The translations under genes were made by a program, and so were the position numbers. From an uncultured Actinomycetota bacterium (GTDB lineage: Bacteria; Actinomycetota; Actinomycetes; Streptosporangiales; Streptosporangiaceae): a stretch of 64,000 bases of DNA. The stretch covers positions 586,919 through 650,918 of the forward strand of contig CAVYKS010000009.1 of NCBI GenBank assembly GCA_963769145.1, in the 5' to 3' direction. Shown piece by piece: positions 47,073 through 55,006 of this stretch (position 1 is the first letter of the stretch; every line of letters starts with the position of its first letter). The notes under the pieces are model-generated. The model did not search any database. It worked only from the letters and a program-made list of their open reading frames with translations, and had not been told where the DNA came from.

Positions 47073-47444
47073 TCAGCCGATTTCACTTACGTTCGTAAGC
47101 GGGTCCTGGCTGGCTTCGTCGTCTGGCGTTGCGCCGGGTTCCCGCCAGCGGAGCGTGACCTCGAGATGGGCGCCGGCCTCGGCCGATGCGATCACGCCGC
47201 CGAGCTTGCCGTCGAGCGTGACGCCGAAGCTGATCTCGACCTCGGTGGGACGCTTTGCCGTCTCGCGGAAGCCGTCCATCACTTGCGCTGCGGCGGCGGT
47301 GACCGGTGCCAGCGCTTGACGCAGAGTCTTCTGCGCGACTTCGAGGCGATCGCTCAAACCCACAGCACCGCTGCCCGCCCTGGCGGCTGGTGCGACGGCG
47401 ACGGTCGTACCGTCATCCAGGGTGAATTCGATGGCATCGAACAT
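47073..47444 (-). CDS. Trypco-like (trypsin co-occurring domain, CU044_2847-like) small protein
   Basis: 123 aa from ATG 47444. The layout is MFDAIEFTLDDGTTVAVA ... PTEVEISFGVTLDGKLGGVIASAEAGAHLEVTLRW, matching my memory of the small Trypco proteins. It is the last gene of an operon that opens with a trypsin-like protease. Confidence 0.55.
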   Translation of the reverse strand: MFDAIEFTLDDGTTVAVAPAARAGSGAVGLSDRLEVAQKTLRQALAPVTAAAAQVMDGFRETAKRPTEVEISFGVTLDGKLGGVIASAEAGAHLEVTLRWREPGATPDDEASQDPLTNVSEIG

Positions 47445-47467
47445 GGAGTTCCCTCGTACTTCTCGCA

Positions 47468-48712
47468 TCACGGTTGGGCGCACGCGCTTTTCGCCAGAGC
47501 CGGTGGGGAGGAGCCAACCCCTTGCTGTGTCTGCTGCATGCCGTTCAGAAGCGTCGGCAGGGAGGCAGGAGTGTCAACGTAGTCGAGAACGGCCTGCTCG
47601 AATGCCGTGGTCATGTCGGGCAGCATCATGTCTTCGGCGCTGAAGCACAGCATGGAGTTGTCGGCTGGCTGAAGCAGTTTGGCTATCTGCTGTTGCACTC
47701 CCGCGGGATAGACACCGGGTTTCACTGCCTGATCGGCCGAGAACGCATACCCGCCAGGCTGCTGTACCCACAGCGTCTGCGCCCGGCGAGAGGCGAGGTA
47801 GGTGAGCAGTTTCTCGGCATTCGGATTGTCGGTGAACCGGCCCATGAAATCGCCGGAGACCAGGATCGGGGCCGCGGTACCGGCGATCGCGGGGAACCGC
47901 ACGTAGTCGTACCCGGCGGTCGACTTCAGGCCCGTGGCCGAGAGCGCGCCGTGCTGGAGCTCACACCGCCCGGATTCAATCTCGGTGAACCCGGTTGTCA
48001 GCGCCGCCGGCGCTCCGCCATTGATCCCGGCACCGTTGCGCATGAGCTCGCCCCACGTGTTCCAGGCGTACGTGAGGTCGCGGGATGTCCAGAGCAGCTG
48101 GCCGTCGAGCCAGTTCTCGTACGTAGTGGCGTGGTACCTGGACAGCAGGATGTCTGCCACCCAGTCGGCACCCGGCCACCCGGACGTCGGGCCGGAAGCC
48201 AGCCCGAGGCACCATGGTGTGCCGTGACGGGAGAAGTTCTCCAGCGCCGCCCAGCTCGCTGGAGGCGACCGGAGAACGCGCCTTCGGTACCAGATCAGGC
48301 TCTTGACGTCGGCCTTGACGGGAACCGCGTACACCTTGCCAGTCCCAAGCTTGGCCAGGCCTTGCCAGGGCTGGCTGTAGGAACTCAGATCTATGGCGAG
48401 CGGCTTGAGGTCTCCCTCGTAGTTGTCTACCGCGGCCGGGCTCGTCAGGTCGACCAGATCCGGCGGGTCATCGGCCGCCAAGTCGGCGTCGAGCTGCTGA
48501 GTGAGCGCCCGGCTGGTCAAAATCTGGATATCGAACTCGCGCTCGAACGGCTCGACGACCTTTTGGAACGCTCTGTACTCAAGGGACTCCTGAGCCCAGG
48601 GAACCAGGATAGTCACCGTTTCACCTGGCGGCGTACCGCCGCATCCCGTTCCCGCTGCGCCCAGGCCGAGTGCCAGCAGGCACCATGCTGCCCGCGCCCT
48701 GACGCTGCTCAT
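47468..48712 (-). CDS. Extracellular solute-binding lipoprotein (family-1/sugar-type SBP), orphan
   Basis: Lipoprotein signal MSSVRARAAWCLLALGLGAAGTGCGG. The body carries SBP family-1-like segments (VTILVPW..., GWPGADWVADILL). ATG 48712 overlaps the upstream stop as ATGA. No permease or ATPase gene is adjacent. Confidence 0.8.
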   Translation of the reverse strand: MSSVRARAAWCLLALGLGAAGTGCGGTPPGETVTILVPWAQESLEYRAFQKVVEPFEREFDIQILTSRALTQQLDADLAADDPPDLVDLTSPAAVDNYEGDLKPLAIDLSSYSQPWQGLAKLGTGKVYAVPVKADVKSLIWYRRRVLRSPPASWAALENFSRHGTPWCLGLASGPTSGWPGADWVADILLSRYHATTYENWLDGQLLWTSRDLTYAWNTWGELMRNGAGINGGAPAALTTGFTEIESGRCELQHGALSATGLKSTAGYDYVRFPAIAGTAAPILVSGDFMGRFTDNPNAEKLLTYLASRRAQTLWVQQPGGYAFSADQAVKPGVYPAGVQQQIAKLLQPADNSMLCFSAEDMMLPDMTTAFEQAVLDYVDTPASLPTLLNGMQQTQQGVGSSPPALAKSACAQP

Positions 48713-49605
48713 GAGGACTCGAATCGGTATTCGGCCAGCCGGGGACGGTAGGCGAGCTGCGCTAGCACGGCAGCCAGCAGGAACAGGAGCAGTGCACACG
48801 TCAGCGTGGCGGGATGCCCGGCCCACGGATCGCCGGACAGATGCCGCTCGTCGCTCCAGTTGAAGACTCCCACGGCTACCGCGGTCGCCGCGGTCACCAG
48901 CAGAGAACCCCACAGCCACCGGCTGACGTGACGCCGGAAGTAGCGCGTCAGCACGTGAGCCGTCGCCATGGAGAGCAGGACCATGGCGACCACCGGCCCG
49001 AGCAGCGCCCACCAGAACGCTCCGGGATCGAGCGGCCACGCGCGATCCTGTACGCCAAGCGCGTTCTGCTCGGTCCCCTTCAGCGCGCGGAGCGCTGTGA
49101 CGAGATCCCCGTTGCTGCTCGACGCGTAGCCCTCGGCGGCCTCGCCGAGCTGCGGTCCTCCCGCGGCTTGGCCGTAGTCTCTAACCGCGTTCTCGCTGAG
49201 CAACAGGTAGGTCTGGAGCTGGGCTTGGACGTACTGGATACTGCTCGTCCCCTCCTTGCCAGCGCCGTTGTCCTCGGCAGCGAGGGTGAGGTCCTTGCTC
49301 ACCTCGTCGATGTAGTCGACGTAGTCTGATCCGGTGCCGGTCAGCGTGACGTCCTCTGTGGTGAACACGGTCACAAGCGCCGTGTCGGCGTTCATCGCGG
49401 CTATTACCGCGCTCCCGATATCCGTAACAGCCGACTGGGTCCGGCCCGCGGCGCCGATGTCATTGCCCGCCTGAGTCGCGACCCATAGGTACAGCAACGC
49501 GGCGGCGAGCACGCACAGCAGCACGCCGTTCCTGAGCCACCTCAGCACGCTGGCTGGATGAGCGGCACGGAGCCGGCGGTACCGGTCGGCCGCATTGACG
49601 GTCAT
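48709..49605 (-). CDS. 4-TM membrane protein with ~170-aa extracytoplasmic helical loop (GlnX-like topology)
   Basis: TM1 is GVLLCVLAAALLYLWVA, followed by a long polar helical segment and then three more TM helices. ATG 49605 overlaps the vWA gene stop as ATGA. The topology analogy to GlnX is inference. Confidence 0.6.
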   Translation of the reverse strand: MTVNAADRYRRLRAAHPASVLRWLRNGVLLCVLAAALLYLWVATQAGNDIGAAGRTQSAVTDIGSAVIAAMNADTALVTVFTTEDVTLTGTGSDYVDYIDEVSKDLTLAAEDNGAGKEGTSSIQYVQAQLQTYLLLSENAVRDYGQAAGGPQLGEAAEGYASSSNGDLVTALRALKGTEQNALGVQDRAWPLDPGAFWWALLGPVVAMVLLSMATAHVLTRYFRRHVSRWLWGSLLVTAATAVAVGVFNWSDERHLSGDPWAGHPATLTCALLLFLLAAVLAQLAYRPRLAEYRFESS

Positions 49606-51059
49606 GACGCTCCCCTCTCGTCGAACGGCTCGCCGCATGCCTCGCAGTGCTTGGGATGCCATGTGTATGTCGTTTCACCACAAGCGCGACAGACACTCGC
49701 TTCGGCCGGCCGCCGGTCCACCTCGTCCTCACGGTTCGCTCCGGTGATCGAGGTGCCGGTCTTGGTCGAGTCGAGACCGAGCCGCTGCATCTCGCCGCGG
49801 GTGACGTCTGGGCGCACCCGGGTCCGGCCGTCCGTACCAATGACCGCGAGGCTCTCCACCAGCCGCAGCCGGACTGGGTCCGCGGCTACGCGGGCCAGAC
49901 GGATGGCGTGGTCCAGTTCGTCGTCCGCCTCAGCGGTCCGCCCGTGCAGCCACGCGTCGGCGCAAGCCCGCATGGTCACGGCGAGCTCACGCTCTTTCTC
50001 GATCTGGGTGAGACTGTCGGGAATCCTGGTCTGGTAGCCGGGTGTGGCGTGTCGGCGGACGATCAGCGCCGCGTCGGCGCGCCGCTCGCGTTCGCCGTCG
50101 GCGATCTCCGTGAGCAGTTCGACGCGGGTGGCGCGCAGATCCTCTCCCGTGGGCAGCGTGTCGGGGGTAAAGCGCAACGTCAGCTGGTAGCACCTGGTCT
50201 CGGCCTCCCACGAACCAAGAGGGATGTCGATGACCGCGCCGTCGGCCGGCTGCCGGCGTTGCGTCAGGTCGACCCGGGCGGGGTGCGTCTGCGCAATGGA
50301 GTCGATCAGGAAGCGGTCGCTGGGGCACAGGCGCAGGTACGTCCTGGGCACCACCAGACGCCGCGCTCGGCGGATGAGCTGGGTGAAGTCGTCGGCGAGA
50401 TCGGCGATCTGGAGCACGGCGGTGGCGTCGCCGTGCAGCGCTTCGGCGATGCGCAGTAACTCGTTGTAGTCCCAGTCGCCCCCGAGACCACGTACGTCAC
50501 AGAGGAACTGGCCAGTGCAAGCGTTCAGCGCCGCGTCGAGCGCAGTCGGCGTCTCGTGCTCGTTCTTGCCATCGGTGTACAGCACGGCGTGACGCATGGT
50601 GCCCGCGGCCGACTGCGTCGCGAAGAGCTGGCTGGCGGCGGACAGCCACCGGCCGATCTCTGTACCGCCCGCAGGCCGCAGGCGCATCACCTGACGCTTG
50701 GCCGCTGCCCTGGTCTTGGCATCGATCGAGGCGAGCCCACCTGTAGACGGGAACACGGACTCGGCCTGACGGTTTCCCGCGATGATCCCGAGGAACGCGC
50801 CGTCGGGCAGCGCGTCTATAGCGGTGCAGGCCGCGCGCCGTGCTTCAGGCATCTTGTTCTCGTTCATCATGGATAGCGACCGGTCCATGATGAGAACTTC
50901 TGCGAGCCTCGCCGCGGGCGGGGCCAGCCCGGTGGGGCGTGCGGAAACCGTGACAAGCGCGTCGACGCGCGAAGTGCCGATTGCGAGGTCACGGGCCGCG
51001 TCAATCTCGATGTTGAAGTTCAGCTCACCTGCGGTCCCGCCGCTCACCGGCTCCGTCAT
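49602..51059 (-). CDS. Cytoplasmic von Willebrand factor A (vWA) domain protein with C-terminal zinc ribbon
   Basis: MIDAS-type VLIMDRSLSM followed by LYTDGKNE. The C-terminal CRACGETTYTWHPKHCEACG is a CxxC...CxxC ribbon. No signal peptide. A ggaggag SD is directly upstream. Confidence 0.8.
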   Translation of the reverse strand: MTEPVSGGTAGELNFNIEIDAARDLAIGTSRVDALVTVSARPTGLAPPAARLAEVLIMDRSLSMMNENKMPEARRAACTAIDALPDGAFLGIIAGNRQAESVFPSTGGLASIDAKTRAAAKRQVMRLRPAGGTEIGRWLSAASQLFATQSAAGTMRHAVLYTDGKNEHETPTALDAALNACTGQFLCDVRGLGGDWDYNELLRIAEALHGDATAVLQIADLADDFTQLIRRARRLVVPRTYLRLCPSDRFLIDSIAQTHPARVDLTQRRQPADGAVIDIPLGSWEAETRCYQLTLRFTPDTLPTGEDLRATRVELLTEIADGERERRADAALIVRRHATPGYQTRIPDSLTQIEKERELAVTMRACADAWLHGRTAEADDELDHAIRLARVAADPVRLRLVESLAVIGTDGRTRVRPDVTRGEMQRLGLDSTKTGTSITGANREDEVDRRPAEASVCRACGETTYTWHPKHCEACGEPFDERGAS

Positions 51060-51103
51060 CTCCTCCGGGACGGAAAATAACCACTCACTAACATGAAGTC
51101 AGC

Positions 51104-53206
51104 TTACGGGCTGACCGCAGGGCGATCACGCAGATGTAGAGCGCGTTGCCACCACCATTCGATCGGGGGCCGCAAACTGTTCGCCAGGTCGACTATGGCG
51201 ATGAAGTCCGACCTGCTGACGGCGAGTTTCGCGAGCTCCGGGATCATCTCCGACAGGGCCAGCCAGTCGCCCGTGATGCTGGAACTTCCGTACTGAATCT
51301 CGGCGCGCAGCCCGAGCTTCAGATCGGCGCTCACCGAGAGCTCGTCGGTGAGTTCTCGGGCCCTCATCAGGTCCGCCTCGACTGGCGCGCACAAGTCCGT
51401 GACCGCGGCAAGCAGCCTCACGATTGCGATCCGGGCCTCACGCTCGAAGCGCACTTCCTGCACCTGGAGTTCCCCTGCCAGCCGTTCGGCCGCGGCCACT
51501 GCTTCGGCGCGCCGTCCGGCGAGCAGGTGCGTCCGAGCCAGCCCGAAGGCCGCTGCGCCGAGCGCCGGGGCGGTGTCGGCTACCGTCTCGTAGTGCAGGC
51601 GTGCCTGGCCCAGTTCGCCGCTGATCTCGGCGCACAGCGCCAGGGCAAGGAGGGGGATCAACTCGCCGGGCAGCGCGTCGCGGACAGTCCTGAAGTAGTC
51701 GTCGGCGGCGAAAGCGTCGCCACCGGCCAATGCGATCAGGCCGGAGTACCAGGCGCGGATCCAGAACCACCTAGGCAGGCGTGTCTGGCCGAGGATACGC
51801 TGCGCCTCCTCGGGGTCGCCGCGCCGCAGCGCTGTGCGACACGTGACGAGCGAGGCTCGGCAGGCTTGCGTCCTGGCCTGGTCATCGGGATCAGCCAACG
51901 GCGCCGGCAGTGCCGCCGCCACGTCGGCGGGTGCCGGCGTGGTGAACGGCGCGGCCATCGTGAACCCGCGGTCTTGCGGCAGGCGAGCCGTGATCCAGTG
52001 CTCGAGCGGGCGTGGCTCGCCAAGTCCGCCGTGCAGCGGCGCGGTCATCGAACCGAACAGCGCGGAGGGCCTGGTGATCCGTCTGCTGGCGGTGGGCGCC
52101 GCCACGACCTGCCGGATCACGCCGCTCAGCTGTTCCGCGAACTGGCGGGCCGATACGAACCTGCGCTCAGGCGTGCTGGTGTCGGTGGCACGTTTTAGCA
52201 GCCGGTCCAGCCCGACGACACCGGGCCCGGCCGGATCGCTGAGGTGGCGACGGCAGAGCACCTGCAAGGTCGAGCCAAGACAGAACAGGTCGAAGCCGAC
52301 CGTGGGGAACATGTGTTCCCGGTCTGTCTTCGGAGGCGCGTACGCCTCCGTGTAGCTGGTGACTGGGCCTGGTTTCCCGAGCTTCCATACCGCTCCGAAG
52401 TCGATAAGTCGTACCCGGTCGCGCGGTCCGTCGGCGCCTTGCTCACCGAACCTGATGATGTTCTCCGGCTTTACGTCGATGTGAAGCAATCCTCTGGCGT
52501 GCAGGTAGTCGAGCGCCTGGAGGATCTGGAGTCCGTGCACGAGGATGACCTCGAGCCGGTCGTCGGCCCGAACAGACAGCGGCGTGCCACGCACGTACTC
52601 CAGGACGAGATAGGGCCCCTCGGGCTGGTAGCCGTAGATGCGCACGATGCTGTCGTGCCTGAGCCCGACGAGCGCGTCGCGCTCCAGTTGGGCGGTCTCG
52701 GCAACCGACTTGGTCAGATCCTTGAGGACCACGTCCGTCTCGAGGTTACGGTCGTAGGCCAGGAGCGCCGCCCCGAAGCTCCCGGCACCGAGCTTGCGCT
52801 TGATCTCGTAACGGCCGGCAACCAGTTCGCCGACGCGCGCGCGGGTGAAGTCGAACCGGCGGCCGCAGTCCGGGCAGAACCCCGTGACCCGGCCGGGAGT
52901 TCCGTCATGTCCGCGCCCGACCGGGAGCCGGCAGCCCGCGCAGAACCGGCGTTCCTCGGCGAGGGTCGTGTCGATGTCCGCGGGCTCGTCCACCGTCTCG
53001 GGTATGGCGTCGGCAGTCACGAGGCCCAGACCCCACCAAGGTTCCGAGCGAACCAGCGCGGCGCCTGCGACAACCGGGCCGGTCTCCGGTGCGGCAGCCC
53101 GCAGTGGCCTGCGGTCACACGCCGAGCAGAACCCCTGGTCGTCAATGTCGCCTCGGCCACAATCGGGGCGGTCGCACCTAGCCATGGTCCTTCTTGTCCT
53201 CGTCAA
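51104..53206 (-). CDS. PknG-like Ser/Thr protein kinase (zinc ribbon + rubredoxin-like CxxC pairs, kinase domain, TPR domain)
   Basis: FCAGCRLPVGRG...FCPDCGRRFDF, then GELVAGRYEIKRKLGAGSFGAALLAYDRN, VVLKDL, HIDVKPENI and IDFGAV. A C-terminal TPR-like region follows (RWFWIRAWYSGLIALAGGDAFAADDYFRTVRDALPGELIPLLALALCAE). Colinear with M. tuberculosis PknG as recalled from memory. An extra N-terminal CDRPDCG...FCSAC ribbon is present. The alternative start ATG 53185 overlaps the upstream stop. Confidence 0.85.
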   Translation of the reverse strand: MTRTRRTMARCDRPDCGRGDIDDQGFCSACDRRPLRAAAPETGPVVAGAALVRSEPWWGLGLVTADAIPETVDEPADIDTTLAEERRFCAGCRLPVGRGHDGTPGRVTGFCPDCGRRFDFTRARVGELVAGRYEIKRKLGAGSFGAALLAYDRNLETDVVLKDLTKSVAETAQLERDALVGLRHDSIVRIYGYQPEGPYLVLEYVRGTPLSVRADDRLEVILVHGLQILQALDYLHARGLLHIDVKPENIIRFGEQGADGPRDRVRLIDFGAVWKLGKPGPVTSYTEAYAPPKTDREHMFPTVGFDLFCLGSTLQVLCRRHLSDPAGPGVVGLDRLLKRATDTSTPERRFVSARQFAEQLSGVIRQVVAAPTASRRITRPSALFGSMTAPLHGGLGEPRPLEHWITARLPQDRGFTMAAPFTTPAPADVAAALPAPLADPDDQARTQACRASLVTCRTALRRGDPEEAQRILGQTRLPRWFWIRAWYSGLIALAGGDAFAADDYFRTVRDALPGELIPLLALALCAEISGELGQARLHYETVADTAPALGAAAFGLARTHLLAGRRAEAVAAAERLAGELQVQEVRFEREARIAIVRLLAAVTDLCAPVEADLMRARELTDELSVSADLKLGLRAEIQYGSSSITGDWLALSEMIPELAKLAVSRSDFIAIVDLANSLRPPIEWWWQRALHLRDRPAVSP

Positions 53207-54869
53207 TCTCGCCGATGCGGCGCTCGACCTCGGCGATATACCGTTCCACCGACATGCGCGCGGCGGTGACGTCGATCGGAGCTAGCCACACCGCGTCGTT
53301 GGCCTGGTCGTACAGGTCAGCAAGCGGTTGGTCCTCGGCGCCGAAGTAACGCGTCGCACGCTCCCGGTTCACCTCAAGCGCCTGCCGCAGATTCTCTAGG
53401 CACTCGTCCAGTTGCCTCGACTCCTGCGTGAACGATGAGATCTGGCCAAGCGCCGTGACAGCTAGCTCGCGGATGGCCGCGAGCTCGGTGTTGGGTTCCG
53501 TGACGCGGGCTACGGCAAGCCTTATGCGCAACGTAGGCGCGTGGGCGTGCGGCAGCGTAGGCGGCTCGCGGAACCGGCGTTCGTTCTGGCTGCTGAGCCG
53601 GGCAGCGTCATCCTCGGCGGCGGCGAGCTCGGCGACGGGCGCCTGCGCATCGGCACCGGTCACGCTGTGCTGGGAACGAGCGACGAGCGGTTCAGGGTCG
53701 AGCGCCACCTCGTACGCCAGCTTCCTGCGAGGGAGCGGCCCGTCGAATCCGAGCACGAGACGGACGCCGCGCGACCGGGCCGCAACAGTCAGCGGACGCA
53801 GCACCTCGCGCATGAGCGTATCGGGGGACTGTGCCCGGTCGACGCCGACGATGACCAGGCAGGCTGGCGGTACGCGCCGCAACAGCCGATAAACCAGATC
53901 AGGCTCGTCGGGGGGTAGCCCGAATCGTTCGGAAAGGTAATGCGTGATTTCGGAGAGCGACCGACCGCGGGCGTCATACGCGGCATCTATGGCCCCGAGC
54001 CCCAGGACAGTGTCCCGGGGCGCCTCCGCGAACTGTGCCTCTGAAGTCCCGGCGCGGGCCGCCGGATCGGCGGTGCGGACGAGCCGTACCAGCCACCCCG
54101 TACCCGTTCCGGCGCTGCCGCCAGGGAGCACCACCGTCCCCGCCCAGCCGCCGCTGAGCAGTCGCGTCAGCTCTCGCGTCAGGGCGACCCGCAAAGTATC
54201 GTCTCGCTCCAGCTCTGGTAGCCCGTCATCGGATAGTCCGCGAAGCGTGGGCTCGCCAGCAACGAATGGGGCGACGTCTGGCAGGTACTCGCGGATCGTC
54301 TCGGTTGGTATCATCCACGCGGCTCTGGCGTCGGCGTTATGGAAGTCCGCGACGACGATGCCGATCACCCGACCCGCGTGGTCGCCTTCGAGCATCATCA
54401 CTCCGGCGCCGGAGTAACCGGGCTCGATCCACTGCCCGTCGGCTCGCACCCGGTTCAGCAAGCCGAGTTCGCCCCCGCGACCCCCATCGCCGGCGAGTTC
54501 CGCGTCGACCGAGATGCCGTACGGCTCCGCCCTCGGGAAGCCGTGCGCACGCACCCGGCCGCCGGAGATAGGGGCGCACCACAACTTGGTTTGTGCGTCG
54601 CACGGCGTCGCCTCGTCAAGCACGAGCAGTGCGACATCGCCGCGTCGAGTGTCGCCGCCTTGGTATGCCCGGGAGCCAGGAACCACGCGCGCGGTAATGC
54701 TCCACTCCGGTCGGCAGACAGCGCTTCGGACCGATACCGGCTCGTCCTCGTTCCCGGCCACATGAGCGCAAGTGAGCACGTGCCGTTCGTCGAGCAGCAC
54801 CCCGGCACCACGGCTGCGCCCATCCACTCTGACCCGCCAGGCGTGCTCCGCATGGAGGTGCTTCTCCAT
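53178..54869 (-). CDS. Cytoplasmic trypsin-like serine protease fused to a ~370-aa C-terminal region (possible degenerate P-loop domain plus coiled coil)
   Basis: The catalytic contexts are HVLTCAHV (His), GDVALLVL (Asp) and EPGYSGAGV (Ser). No signal peptide. The middle has GGSAGTGTGW (Walker-A-like, no Lys) and, ~80 aa later, ACLVIVGVD (Walker-B-like). The C-terminus is helical. Confidence 0.75.
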   Translation of the reverse strand: MEKHLHAEHAWRVRVDGRSRGAGVLLDERHVLTCAHVAGNEDEPVSVRSAVCRPEWSITARVVPGSRAYQGGDTRRGDVALLVLDEATPCDAQTKLWCAPISGGRVRAHGFPRAEPYGISVDAELAGDGGRGGELGLLNRVRADGQWIEPGYSGAGVMMLEGDHAGRVIGIVVADFHNADARAAWMIPTETIREYLPDVAPFVAGEPTLRGLSDDGLPELERDDTLRVALTRELTRLLSGGWAGTVVLPGGSAGTGTGWLVRLVRTADPAARAGTSEAQFAEAPRDTVLGLGAIDAAYDARGRSLSEITHYLSERFGLPPDEPDLVYRLLRRVPPACLVIVGVDRAQSPDTLMREVLRPLTVAARSRGVRLVLGFDGPLPRRKLAYEVALDPEPLVARSQHSVTGADAQAPVAELAAAEDDAARLSSQNERRFREPPTLPHAHAPTLRIRLAVARVTEPNTELAAIRELAVTALGQISSFTQESRQLDECLENLRQALEVNRERATRYFGAEDQPLADLYDQANDAVWLAPIDVTAARMSVERYIAEVERRIGEIDEDKKDHG

Positions 54870-55006
54870 GCCTCAACGGTACGGTGACGACGCAAGCGCC
54901 GCCATGGTGATTGACAGGCCTTACGCCGGATCGTTACGGGGGCTGGTTCCTCGATCCGGACGGGCAAAGGCATTAAAAACCGCGAAGAAGAGGAAATTAT
55001 TCGGTA

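Noticed and set aside
54870-55006. Promoter for the six-gene kinase operon.
   Set aside because: The upstream 137 nt are AT-richer, but I could not identify a convincing -35/-10 pair or operator palindrome.
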